DNA of 64,000 nucleotides from Candidatus Woesearchaeota archaeon B3_Woes. Lineage in GTDB: Archaea > Nanobdellota > Nanobdellia > Woesearchaeales > B3-WOES. Numbering within the stretch: the stretch's first letter is position 1; every line of letters starts with the position of its first letter. The stretch lies in the NCBI GenBank assembly GCA_005222965.1, contig NJBG01000001.1, positions 737,533-801,532 of the forward strand. Reading direction: 5' to 3'. Below, one piece after another: positions 9,162 through 19,082 of this stretch. Under the pieces are notes generated by a model that saw only the letters and a program-made list of their open reading frames with translations, searched no databases and was not told the DNA's origin. A program made the position numbers and the translations under genes.

Positions 9162-9511
9162 GGTACTCTAACTAGTTCTACTCCTGGAATTTTTATTGAA
9201 GTATGTCCTCCGTAAGGATTGTCATACCTATCTATTTTAAAGGTGTCATGGACATCACCACCCAACCCAGTTTGGTTTCCATAAGGAATAACAACAGGGT
9301 TTATAGGACTTGATGGTAAACCTGGAATCTGTCCAACGTTTCCAGCCATTTCACTTCCAGCAGGACAGTCACACATTGAGTTCCATATACAGTACAAAGC
9401 AGTTGTTCCTGCTGTATACACATCTATTGTTTCATACCTTTTTGCTTGTCCGGTTGTTGGAACAAGTTCCAACATTTGTTCTAAAACTTGACTTTCCATT
9501 TTGTTCCCCAA
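9149..9511 (-). CDS. Hypothetical protein
   Basis: 120-aa ORF (ATG at 9499 is an alternative start); first gene of the minus-strand trio. Confidence 0.6.
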   Translation of the reverse strand: MGNKMESQVLEQMLELVPTTGQAKRYETIDVYTAGTTALYCIWNSMCDCPAGSEMAGNVGQIPGLPSSPINPVVIPYGNQTGLGGDVHDTFKIDRYDNPYGGHTSIKIPGVELVRVPWEK

Positions 9512-9620
9512 AAGTTTTTCAGTCTATTGATTAATATTTAATGTAAAGCATAGTAACTATAAATAATTTGTGGTGATTCATCTGGAAGATTTAGAAAACA
9601 ATAATCACTTAACAAATTTT

Positions 9621-9689
9621 CTTTTTGTTATCACAACAGCCTTAGTAATCACATTTCACATCTCAAGAAAACAACAGAAATAATTAATT
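9621..9689 (+). repeat. Gene-tail repeat copy 2
   Basis: Reads LFVITTALVITFHISRKQQK* with no start codon. Confidence 0.95.
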
Positions 9690-9763
9690 CTTGAGAAAAA
9701 ATTTAACAATCTATTTTTCTAAATATTATTAAAAGAAAGGTTTTATAAAGGATAAGTAATTAA

Positions 9764-9781
9764 TTTTACCAAATGGTAAAA
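9764..9781. promoter_or_regulatory. Palindrome over the start codon, candidate autoregulatory operator
   Basis: TTTTACCA-AA-TGGTAAAA, downstream of GAAAGG-TTTTATAAA BRE/TATA. Confidence 0.55.
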
Positions 9782-10363
9782 AAAGTTACTAAAACTAAAA
9801 TTATAGCTCAATATAGTGATGATTACAATAAAAAATATTATTTAAGGGAATTAGCGGTTTTATTAAAAAAACCCCATCAAACAATAAAATCTTATATTAA
9901 AGAATTAGTAAAAGAAGGAATATTAACTAAGAACGAAAGAAAAAATATAATTGAGTATAGCCTTAATTTTAAAAATAAACAAATATATGATTATTTGGTT
10001 ATTGCTGAAAAGGAAATATTAATAGAAAGGTTAAAAGAAGAAACCCTTTTAAAGGTTTTATTTGAAAAACTTTCTTCTTTTTTTACAAATAATACTTTTC
10101 TTATTTTTGGATCATCAGTAGAAAAACTTCAGAAAGAATCAGATATTGATTTACTTATTATTGGAAAAGCAAATATTAATAAAAATATAAAAGAGTTTGA
10201 GGAAATCTATAATAAAAAAATACACAAAGTTCAAATTAACAATTTAAATAAATTAACTAGTACTTTAACTAAAGAAATATATAAAAAACACCTTATTATC
10301 AATAATACTGAGCAGATTATAAGATTTTTTGGAGGATTATATGAACAAAATAAAATGGTGTAA
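9773..10363 (+). CDS. wHTH + minimal nucleotidyltransferase (MNT antitoxin)
   Basis: YLRELAVLLKKPHQTI HTH; IFGSS...ESDIDLLIIG. Confidence 0.85.
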   Translation: MVKKVTKTKIIAQYSDDYNKKYYLRELAVLLKKPHQTIKSYIKELVKEGILTKNERKNIIEYSLNFKNKQIYDYLVIAEKEILIERLKEETLLKVLFEKLSSFFTNNTFLIFGSSVEKLQKESDIDLLIIGKANINKNIKEFEEIYNKKIHKVQINNLNKLTSTLTKEIYKKHLIINNTEQIIRFFGGLYEQNKMV

Positions 10364-10808
10364 AAAACAAGGAAGAGGGATTAAGCTTCAAGATCCTAAT
10401 AATAATCTTAGTGAAGAGTATTATGAAAATGCAGAAGAAAGTTTAAGGGTTTTAAGAAACATCACAGAAACAAAATCAAAGATGTGGCTTGCAACTACAA
10501 AATATTATATTGAGTATTTTGCTGTTTATTCTGTATTGATGAAAATAGGAATTAAGTGCGAGATTCATGATTGCACTATAGCTTTAGTGAAGTTTTTTGA
10601 AGATGAAGATATTATAGAAAAAGGAACAGCTAAAATTCTGGAAAACGATAAGGAATTAAGAATAGACAACCAGTATTACCTTAAAAATAAGCCTGTTAAT
10701 ATTGATTTTGGAAAGTTATCAGATTTTTTAATATCAATAAGAAGATCTTTAGATAAACTAGATAATGATAAGATAGCTAAACTAATAAAGAAAATTAAAG
10801 GATTTTAG
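10341..10808 (+). CDS. HEPN-domain protein (putative toxin)
   Basis: YYIEYFAVYSVL, CEIHDCT, RIDNQYY; overlaps the MNT gene; start refined to ATG 10341. Confidence 0.8.
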   Translation: MNKIKWCKKQGRGIKLQDPNNNLSEEYYENAEESLRVLRNITETKSKMWLATTKYYIEYFAVYSVLMKIGIKCEIHDCTIALVKFFEDEDIIEKGTAKILENDKELRIDNQYYLKNKPVNIDFGKLSDFLISIRRSLDKLDNDKIAKLIKKIKGF

Positions 10809-10827
10809 AAGTTTTTGAAAAACTTAA

Positions 10828-10890
10828 AATCTTTTTATTATAACAACAATAGCCTTCCACATCAGCCGAAAACAGCAGAAATAATTAATT
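10828..10890 (+). repeat. Gene-tail repeat copy 3
   Basis: Reads NLFIITTIAFHISRKQQK* using AGC-CGA in place of TCT-AGA. Confidence 0.9.
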
Positions 10891-11030
10891 CTTGAGAAAA
10901 ATATTCAACTATATATTTCTAGTTCCGACATCCTAAAAATATAGCTCATTTATATACTTTTCGCGCTACATTCAACTTTTTTATAAATAAAATAGAAAAA
11001 TTTATATACTAGATATATCTACATTTAACT

Positions 11031-11654
11031 ATGAAAAATGAAGAAATTCTCAAAAAACTTGAAGGAATTCAAACCATTGAAACAGTAATGGATTCGTTAA
11101 GCGTAAACAAAGAGAAAGCTATCTATTACATTCATAGGTTGCGCAAAATAGGTTATGTCAAAACTAAAAAATTAAGCAACAATAAGAGAGTATACAACAT
11201 ATCATTTGAAAATAGATTAAAAGGAATTAGTTATTATGAAATCATAAATAAGCATTCCCCTATAAAAATATCAACTCCTAAAACATACAGGATTTATGGA
11301 AAAGAACCAACCCTTGAAGAAACATTAGTTTATGCAATTAAAACACAAAGCTTTAGGATCATACTTGCAGCTTTAATATTATTTAAGAAAATTGACGACT
11401 GGGTTAGTCTATATCAACTAGCAAAGAAAAATCATATTGAGAGACAGGTAGGCGCTCTTTATGATGTTGCTAGAAGAATAATGCTAACAAGAAGAATGAC
11501 AAATAGATTTAGAAATAATGCCTTGCCAAAAAAAGATTATCAATGGAGATCTGTTATCCCAGAATTAAAATCTGATGATTTCAAAAATATTGAGAAAATG
11601 TGGAAAATATATCTCCCCTTTAATAAAAAAGATATGGAGGCTTACAAAAAATGA
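11031..11654 (+). CDS. HTH-containing AbiEi-like antitoxin/regulator
   Basis: N-terminal HTH-like segment; ATGA-coupled to a nucleotidyltransferase gene. Confidence 0.55.
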   Translation: MKNEEILKKLEGIQTIETVMDSLSVNKEKAIYYIHRLRKIGYVKTKKLSNNKRVYNISFENRLKGISYYEIINKHSPIKISTPKTYRIYGKEPTLEETLVYAIKTQSFRIILAALILFKKIDDWVSLYQLAKKNHIERQVGALYDVARRIMLTRRMTNRFRNNALPKKDYQWRSVIPELKSDDFKNIEKMWKIYLPFNKKDMEAYKK

Positions 11655-12313
11655 TTTCAATAGAAGCACAACAAAAATTACTTCTTAATATCTCACGAAG
11701 ATTAAAGAAACCAATAACAGCTTATGCTATTGGGGGAACTGCAATGATGTTCCTTGGATTTAAAGATTCCACTCTTGACATAGACCTTGTATTCGAAAAC
11801 AAGCAGGATCGTGAAATATTTGAGAAAGCTGTTAAAGAAATTGGCTACAGAGAGATGGATTCAGTAATAGTGTATGGAACAAAGCAAAATCAACCAAAAA
11901 TGTTTACATTAGGGGATGAAAGATTGGATCTTTTTGTAATGCATGTGATTGATTTTGATTTTTCTAAGAAAATGATGGAACGAGCAGAACAAACTCATCA
12001 ATTTAATAATAATCTTCTTTTAAAGATTGCGAATCCTCACGACCTTATTTTAATGAAATGTGCTACTGATAGAAAGAAAGATATTGATGATGCAAGAAGA
12101 ATGATCAATAGTACAAAAATAGATTGGAACATTCTAATTAATGAAGCGAAAACACAGATAAGACTTGGAAGACATACTGCTGCTTTTGATTTAGGAGAAT
12201 TTTTAGAGAAACTCAAATACAAAATGAAAATAAATATTCCAAAAGAAGTTCTAGATGATTTATTTGAAATAGTTAAAGAACAAGCAGAAGATAAACAAAA
12301 GAAACAAACTTAG
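11651..12313 (+). CDS. AbiEii/DUF6036-like nucleotidyltransferase
   Basis: IGGTAM...TLDIDL, DLILMK..DRKKDIDD. Confidence 0.8.
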   Translation: MISIEAQQKLLLNISRRLKKPITAYAIGGTAMMFLGFKDSTLDIDLVFENKQDREIFEKAVKEIGYREMDSVIVYGTKQNQPKMFTLGDERLDLFVMHVIDFDFSKKMMERAEQTHQFNNNLLLKIANPHDLILMKCATDRKKDIDDARRMINSTKIDWNILINEAKTQIRLGRHTAAFDLGEFLEKLKYKMKINIPKEVLDDLFEIVKEQAEDKQKKQT

Positions 12314-12362
12314 CCCAGAGTTAATTCAGAATATATAATCTTTACTTAATAATAAACCAAAT

Positions 12363-12419
12363 TTAACAGCAACAGCCTTAGTAATCGGCTTTCACATCTC
12401 TAGAAAACAATAGAAATAA
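12363..12419 (+). repeat. Gene-tail repeat copy 4
   Basis: Reads LTATALVIGFHISRKQ*K*. Confidence 0.95.
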
Positions 12420-12703
12420 CCAAGAGAAATATTTAACCACCTATCTTGTCTGAGCACTATGGAAAAGATGACGGTGTCCTCCTTTATTAACGTTTCTATT
12501 TTAAGACTGTGCCCAGACTGGATTCTCCTAACATTAACACATGGTCTAAAAAATGATACAAAAGCTATTGAAGAAAACGAATCTATCTAAAAAACAATTC
12601 AAAACTTAGAAGAAGAACCAGAACCAAACTTCATAATGTACACACTAACAATTCTTGCAATGTTTGTTTTTGGTTTATTTTGCTTTTAGTAAAAAGAAGT
12701 GGA

Positions 12704-14056
12704 TTATTTGACGATTCTTATATTTTTCACATTAGTAAATTGTATAAAACCCATCTTTGAAAAAATAAATCCTAATCCACTTTTTTTCCTTCCACCCCAT
12801 GGACATTGATCGGAGGAGCCCCCTATTTTATTTATTCCAACAGTAAAATAATCTAATCTTTTGGCAACATCTTTTCCTTTTTTAATATTTTTTGTCCAGA
12901 CAGATGCTGTTAGACCAGTTTCATAAGAATTAACAATTGATATGACATCATTTATATCATTAAATTCACTAATTGTTATTAAAGGTGCAAGATATTCTTC
13001 CCTTAGTGATATCACACGTTTCAAATTTACGGATAAGATAGTGGGTTCTAAAATATTTTTTTTAAACTCCCCACCATACACCAATTTGTAATTCTTATTA
13101 CTTATTAATTCTTTAACTTTTTTTATTTGTTTTTGGGTCTTTAAAGGACCTATTTTTATATTTGGATTAAGAGGATCACCCATTTCTAGTTTTTTTATTT
13201 CTTCTTTTAAGTCATTAATAAAATCATTCCTTATTTTTTTATGAATAAAAACTTTTCTTACATTATTACAGGCTTGTCCAGAATTTTTTGTGAAACCCAT
13301 GATTAAATTTTTAATCGCGTATTTAGCATCAGCATCTTGCAAAACTAACATCACATCATTACCACCTAATTCAAGAATGAGTTTTCTAATATTTGTTGAT
13401 GAAACTTGGTATATTTTTTTGCCAACATTATAACTTCCTGTAAATGATATCATATCTATATTACTTTTCGTTATATAATTTCCTTGTTCAGAACCACCCA
13501 TTACAAGAGAGAATATATTCTCATCGATCCCAGCAGATCTCATAATTTCTTTTATTTTCAGACCACACAAAGGAGATAATTCAGATGGTTTGAACATTAC
13601 AACATTTCCACAAATAAGAGCAGGTATAATACTCCATAAAGGGATATTTATAGGATAGTTCCAACCAGTTATAACACCAACAGCACCAATTGGTTCAAAA
13701 ATTATATGATTTGTTGTTTTTTCATCGATTTTTATTTTCTCTTCTTTGAAATATTTTTCAGAATTATTCAAAAAAAAATTTAACCTAGATACAATCATAT
13801 CTATAGATATTAACGATTCTTTTATCGGCCTACCTATTTCCAAACTAATTAATTTAGCAATTTCCTCTTTTTTTTCTAAAATCTTTCTTGGTACACTTCT
13901 AAGTAGTGAGATTCTTTTACTAAGTTCTAACTGTGACCAGTAAACAAATCCCTTTCTTAATTTTTTTATCTTTTTATCAATATCTATTTTAGAATCGCAA
14001 CCTAATTTCCCAATAATTTTATTATTAAAGGGATTATAACTTTTTATATATTTCAT
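12704..14056 (-). CDS. Aldehyde dehydrogenase
   Basis: GWNYP, KPSE, FTGS, LELGGN, GQAC, WGGRKKSG. Confidence 0.93.
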   Translation of the reverse strand: MKYIKSYNPFNNKIIGKLGCDSKIDIDKKIKKLRKGFVYWSQLELSKRISLLRSVPRKILEKKEEIAKLISLEIGRPIKESLISIDMIVSRLNFFLNNSEKYFKEEKIKIDEKTTNHIIFEPIGAVGVITGWNYPINIPLWSIIPALICGNVVMFKPSELSPLCGLKIKEIMRSAGIDENIFSLVMGGSEQGNYITKSNIDMISFTGSYNVGKKIYQVSSTNIRKLILELGGNDVMLVLQDADAKYAIKNLIMGFTKNSGQACNNVRKVFIHKKIRNDFINDLKEEIKKLEMGDPLNPNIKIGPLKTQKQIKKVKELISNKNYKLVYGGEFKKNILEPTILSVNLKRVISLREEYLAPLITISEFNDINDVISIVNSYETGLTASVWTKNIKKGKDVAKRLDYFTVGINKIGGSSDQCPWGGRKKSGLGFIFSKMGFIQFTNVKNIRIVK

Positions 14057-14060
14057 TTCA

Positions 14061-15320
14061 TCAATACACTTTTTTAATAAATTCGTTTATGTTCATACCT
14101 TTTTCAATCAATTTCATACCATCATCAACCATTATTATATTAGGTTTTAGATATACAAAATTTTCAGACATACTTAGAGTATATGAACCACAATTCAGTA
14201 TAACCATGCAATCATTTTCCTTTATTTTATAAGATTGAATATTTCTTGAAATAACTCCAGCAGTAGACCCAATCCCATCCCCTATATTTATAATTTCCTT
14301 TCCTTCTGTTTTTGTACATGAGATTGGATAGAATCTATTATGTCTTGTTGGTATAAGTATGTTGGTACCAATATCTACAATAACCCACTTTTTTCCAACA
14401 CTCTTCTTTTTTGTTATAACATTTGTTAAGGCAGCAAATGCATCATTTACAATGTATCTGCCGGGTTCTAATATCAACTCTCCATCAAAATTATATTTCT
14501 TCAATATCTTTGATATCCTAGCAGCAAAAAACTCCATAGAACAATTTTTATTTTTTATTAGGAAATTTGAATTAAACCCACCCCCTATATCAATAAATTT
14601 TATATCTATTTCTTTTGATTTAAGGAATTTATAGAATTTACAAAGTTCTTCAGCAACTCTACAGTGCATATTAGGGGAAACTTCGTTTGCTAAAACATGG
14701 CAATTTAAGCCAACCAAGTTTAAGTTTTTTAATTTTTTGATATCTTTTACTAATCTAAAGGCTTCTCCAGATTTGATATCTATCCCTAGTTTTTCTCCCC
14801 TATTAACAAAAAGACTGTTATCCTTAATGTCTGGATGAACTCTTAAACCAACATTAACAACCTTGTTCATTTTTTTGGCAAGGTAGTTTATTTTATTTAT
14901 CTCTGATAAAGAATCACAATTTATACACTTGATTTCCTCTTTTATAACTAACTTTAGTTCTTGCTCTGTTTTAGCACAGCCATTGAAAATAATATCTTTC
15001 TTATCAAAACCGATTTTTCTGCCATATATGTATTCTATATCTGAGAGGATCTCTATTTTTAATCCTTCCTTTTTTATTTTTTCACATATTTTTCTTAAAT
15101 AACACGCCTTTAATGCATAATGTATATTAGTATTCTTATAATATTTCCTAAAAGCCTTTTTAATTTCTTTGATATTTCTCAATAAAGTTTTTTCAGAATA
15201 TAGAATTATGGGGGTATCAAATTTAGATAAAATTCTTTTATAGTTGATGTTATTTATGTGTATCTGATTATCTATATATTTCATCTCTTTTAATGAATTA
15301 ATTATCTTTTCCATTTTCAA
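14061..15320 (-). CDS. PLP-dependent group IV (LysA/ODC-like) decarboxylase, divergent
   Basis: YALKA, FNGCAK, GLRVHP, DIGGG, EPGRY, GSYT; no GPxC motif. Confidence 0.85.
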   Translation of the reverse strand: MKMEKIINSLKEMKYIDNQIHINNINYKRILSKFDTPIILYSEKTLLRNIKEIKKAFRKYYKNTNIHYALKACYLRKICEKIKKEGLKIEILSDIEYIYGRKIGFDKKDIIFNGCAKTEQELKLVIKEEIKCINCDSLSEINKINYLAKKMNKVVNVGLRVHPDIKDNSLFVNRGEKLGIDIKSGEAFRLVKDIKKLKNLNLVGLNCHVLANEVSPNMHCRVAEELCKFYKFLKSKEIDIKFIDIGGGFNSNFLIKNKNCSMEFFAARISKILKKYNFDGELILEPGRYIVNDAFAALTNVITKKKSVGKKWVIVDIGTNILIPTRHNRFYPISCTKTEGKEIINIGDGIGSTAGVISRNIQSYKIKENDCMVILNCGSYTLSMSENFVYLKPNIIMVDDGMKLIEKGMNINEFIKKVY

Positions 15321-15957
15321 AGAGTTTAGTGGGATTTATTTTTAGCTTTGAAATAATTTTTCCTGAAAAAGTTGGTTTGAAAATAGCATCTTCTGGAATA
15401 GTTTCATTAGATTTTATAAAATTTCCATTATTGTTCAACTCAGAATAAGTTATACTTTCTTTATATAATATATCGAAATTATCTTTTTTAACGAATATGA
15501 TTCCAGGTATTTCATCAGAATGGAAGGGTTCTTTTTTTATCTCTCCAATAAAAATGAATAATAACAAACCCCACTTACCATCTTTATTAGGATCCCCCGG
15601 CATTCCTGGAGAGATAAACTCCACAACATAGGCAGGACCATCTTTTATTTTTAATATTCCTTTTTCATTGTTTTCTTTTATGTGTGTTGTGTCTTTTAAG
15701 GGCATAATTTTAATTTCTTGTAGGATTTCCTCTTTTACTTCTCTTAAAGCAGCACGCAAAGGGGATTCTTTTTGTTCTATCCTACCTCCCACACAACTAA
15801 AACCTATCTGAGTCATATTATTACGCTTTTTCCAGTATTTGGATTTATTTATAGCAAAAATAAAGAAATCTTGAAACTTTACAATAGTTGTAGACCCAGC
15901 TATAATAGGTATAGAAGAAAATCTTTTTTTGAAATTTATAAGCAGTTTATTATACAT
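15298..15957 (-). CDS. NUDIX hydrolase
   Basis: Nudix box GGRIEQKESPLRAALREVKEEI. Confidence 0.85.
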   Translation of the reverse strand: MYNKLLINFKKRFSSIPIIAGSTTIVKFQDFFIFAINKSKYWKKRNNMTQIGFSCVGGRIEQKESPLRAALREVKEEILQEIKIMPLKDTTHIKENNEKGILKIKDGPAYVVEFISPGMPGDPNKDGKWGLLLFIFIGEIKKEPFHSDEIPGIIFVKKDNFDILYKESITYSELNNNGNFIKSNETIPEDAIFKPTFSGKIISKLKINPTKLFENGKDN

Positions 15958-15974
15958 ATCACCTAATATCTTCT

Positions 15975-16050
15975 TTAGATTTATAAATGTTTTTATGTTT
16001 AATCATATTTACTACTGGTGAGTAAAATAAAACAAAAGATTTATAAATTC
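15975..16050. promoter_or_regulatory. Divergent archaeal TATA promoters
   Basis: TTTATAAA at 15980-15987 and 16040-16047, each ~22 nt from the flanking ATG, with A-rich BRE-like flanks. Confidence 0.6.
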
Positions 16051-16068
16051 TGATCTTATACTAAACAT

Positions 16069-17859
16069 ATGCACCATAAAGAAATTACCAATATTTTCTT
16101 GAATTATTTTATAGATAGAGATCATCATTTATTACCAAATCAATCTTTAATACCATCTGAATCTGATTCATCTGGTCTTTTTATAAACTCAGGTATGCAC
16201 ACAATAAAACCTTATTTTTATGGAATAGAAAAACCTCAAAAAAGTAAGCTATGTTCAATACAAAAATGTTTAAGAACAATAGACATTGATAATGTTGGAT
16301 ATAACAGAAGGACTTTAACACTCTTCTCTATGTTAGGCAGTTGGTCAATAAATGATTATTGGAAGGAAGATGCTATTCCACTTGCTTATGAATTATTAGT
16401 AGATAGTTTTGGTTTTGATCCAAATAAGTTAAGTGTTACTTATTTTGAAGGAGATGATAAAGTACCTGAAGATTTAGAAACAAAGGCAGAATGGGAAAAA
16501 GTTGGAGTCCCAGAAGAAAGGATTATAAAATTGGATGGAAAGAACAATTTTTGGTCTGCAGGACCTACAGGTTTATGTGGGCCTTGTACAGAAATTTATT
16601 TTGATAGAGGAGAAGAATATGGTTGCGGAGAAGAAACATGTAAACCTAGTTGTGATTGTGATAGGTATTTGGAAATATGGAATGCAGGGGTATTTATTCA
16701 ATATGACAGACAAAAAGATGGTAGCTTAAAGACTCTCCAACTTATAAGCGTGGATACGGGTGCAGGTCTTGAAAGAATAGCAACTATCTTACAAGGCAAG
16801 GATTCAGTATATGACACCACCATATTTAAACCAATCGTTTCCAATATAATCAGTTCTTGCAGTATAGAAAAAGAAGACTTATCATCAGAAAATAAATATG
16901 TTAGAATCATAGCAGACCATTTAAGAGCCTCAACATTCTTACTAGCCGAAAACATTATTCCAAGCAACATTGATAGAGGTTATGTTTTGAGGAGACTTTT
17001 GAGGAGATCAATAAATCATGCTTCAAGTTTAGGTATTGAGAAAGATGGTCTAGTTGGTGTTGTTGATAAAATAATCCTCAATGAGGGTGAAGAACATACA
17101 TATCTTCAAGAGAACAAGGATATAATATTACTTAATTTTGCTAGAGAATATGATGGATTCATCAAAACCCTAAATAAAGGTAAGAAAAAATTAATGCAAG
17201 CAATTGAAGGATTATTTCAAGGAAGTGAACTGGAATCACAGATAGCATTTAATCTTTTTGATACTTATGGATTCCCATTTGAATTGACAGAGGAAATTTG
17301 TAAACAGAAAGGAATAATAGTTAATCAAAACACATTTAAGGACTTATTACAAGAACACAAAGCCAAATCAAGAGCTGGTTTTCAAAAAAAGTTTAGTTCT
17401 GGTTTAATGACCAGTTCATATATCTGTGTGAAATATCATACTGCAACACATTTACTACATCAGGCTTTGAGGGATGTTTTAGGTGAAGAGGTTGAACAAA
17501 AAGGGAGCAATGTTACCCCAGAAAGATTAAGATTTGATTTTTCATTCCAAAGACCTTTAACACCTGAAGAAATTTCTAATGTAGAAGAGATAGTAAATCA
17601 AAAGATAAAATCTAATTTAAAAATCACAAAAAAAGTAACAAGTTTAGAAGAGGCAATTGCCTCAGGGGCGATAGCATTATTTCAAGATAAGTATGATAAA
17701 AAAATTAATGTCTACTCAATAGGGGATTATTCTAAAGAGGTTTGTAAGGGGCCACATATCCAAGAAACCTCTGAATTAGGGAATTTTAAAATTATTAAAG
17801 AAAAAAGTTCTTCATCAGGTATTAGGAGAATAAGAGCAGTACTAAAAGAGGAATTTTAA
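16069..17859 (+). CDS. alaS: Alanyl-tRNA synthetase-like protein (short form lacking C-Ala)
   Basis: NSGM, QKCLR, GPCTEI, DTGAGLER, RGYVLRR, DTYGFP; editing motifs HTATH and CKGPH. Confidence 0.85.
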   Translation: MHHKEITNIFLNYFIDRDHHLLPNQSLIPSESDSSGLFINSGMHTIKPYFYGIEKPQKSKLCSIQKCLRTIDIDNVGYNRRTLTLFSMLGSWSINDYWKEDAIPLAYELLVDSFGFDPNKLSVTYFEGDDKVPEDLETKAEWEKVGVPEERIIKLDGKNNFWSAGPTGLCGPCTEIYFDRGEEYGCGEETCKPSCDCDRYLEIWNAGVFIQYDRQKDGSLKTLQLISVDTGAGLERIATILQGKDSVYDTTIFKPIVSNIISSCSIEKEDLSSENKYVRIIADHLRASTFLLAENIIPSNIDRGYVLRRLLRRSINHASSLGIEKDGLVGVVDKIILNEGEEHTYLQENKDIILLNFAREYDGFIKTLNKGKKKLMQAIEGLFQGSELESQIAFNLFDTYGFPFELTEEICKQKGIIVNQNTFKDLLQEHKAKSRAGFQKKFSSGLMTSSYICVKYHTATHLLHQALRDVLGEEVEQKGSNVTPERLRFDFSFQRPLTPEEISNVEEIVNQKIKSNLKITKKVTSLEEAIASGAIALFQDKYDKKINVYSIGDYSKEVCKGPHIQETSELGNFKIIKEKSSSSGIRRIRAVLKEEF

Positions 17860-17882
17860 TATTAACTAGTTTTGAATACAAA

Positions 17883-19082
17883 ATGAGAATAAAACTTGAT
17901 AAAACCCCAATAAAAAAATTTCAAAAGGAAAATGGTTTTGTTCTATACAATCCACTGAACCACGAGATAGTGTTTAACAAATCAAATCTCCAACCAGCGG
18001 ATGATATATTCTTAGATTCTATTACACTAGAAAGACCTAAATTAAAAAAGGCAAGAGTTGAGCTAACTTTAGGGTGTAATGCTGCATGCAAATATTGTGT
18101 TGTTTTTAAAAATGATGTATCAAATATTGGAAAAACGATGAATCATGGAACAGCTAGAAATATTGCGGCCTTTTTTAATGAAAATATGATGGGTGGTACA
18201 CTCATGTTGATAGGGGGCGAACCCTTGGATGCGTGGGACATAACAAAATATCTCTTTGAGTCTTGTGAAGCAGGAGAGAAAGTACTTTTTACTAATGGTA
18301 CTTTGGTAACTAAAGAGTATGCTAAATTTTTATCTGACCAAAAAGTATTGGTTTTGGTTTCATTAGACGGTATGCATCAACATAACACTCAAAGAGTATA
18401 TTCAGATGGACGCGAGATTTTCGGTGATACAATAAGGGGTCTTCGAACTTTACAAGATGCAAATTCAAAAATCGCTATATCTGCTGTTGTTACAAACCAT
18501 AATGTTTATGATCTTGCAGATATAGTAGAGTTCTATCATAAAGAGCTTAGTGTGGATTCAGTGGGTTTAACAACCCCCCATCATATAAATAATTTTGACT
18601 TTGCACTAGATATAAAAGAATATACTAATCAAATGTTAAATATATTTTCATATTCACAAGAAAATAATATTTATATAGATCAGATAGCAAAGAGAATTAA
18701 AGCTATAGCTCACCAGGATTTTAAAGATAGGGCGTGTAAAATATCGGGAGATCAAATTACTTTTTATCCAGATGGTACAACTAGTCTATGCATAAAAATA
18801 GATAAAATACCTAAATTAAAAGACAAAAAGGCAGATTATTATTTCGAAAAATTGCCAATCTTTGACTCTAGTTGCGTGGAGTGTACTGCTATAGGTGTTT
18901 GCGGAGGAGGTTGTTATTTAGATGCTTTTTATGATCCTACTGGTAGGGATCAAAGGGATTGTTATTTTTACCCAAAATTAGTTGAGCATATTATATGGGA
19001 TATGAAAGACTTAGTTGATGAAAAAGGCAAAATATCCAAAGAAAAAAGGATCCTAAAATACAAGGGTATGTTACATGAATAA
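17883..19082 (+). CDS. Radical SAM/SPASM protein
   Basis: CNAACKYC, GGEP, SLDG; C-terminal C...C, CVECTAIGVCGGGC...C. Confidence 0.92.
   Translation: MRIKLDKTPIKKFQKENGFVLYNPLNHEIVFNKSNLQPADDIFLDSITLERPKLKKARVELTLGCNAACKYCVVFKNDVSNIGKTMNHGTARNIAAFFNENMMGGTLMLIGGEPLDAWDITKYLFESCEAGEKVLFTNGTLVTKEYAKFLSDQKVLVLVSLDGMHQHNTQRVYSDGREIFGDTIRGLRTLQDANSKIAISAVVTNHNVYDLADIVEFYHKELSVDSVGLTTPHHINNFDFALDIKEYTNQMLNIFSYSQENNIYIDQIAKRIKAIAHQDFKDRACKISGDQITFYPDGTTSLCIKIDKIPKLKDKKADYYFEKLPIFDSSCVECTAIGVCGGGCYLDAFYDPTGRDQRDCYFYPKLVEHIIWDMKDLVDEKGKISKEKRILKYKGMLHE

Noticed and set aside
12466..12518. GATGACGGTGTCCTCC resembling a fluoride riboswitch 5' half
   Set aside because: The 3' pseudoknot motif is absent and there is no suitable downstream gene
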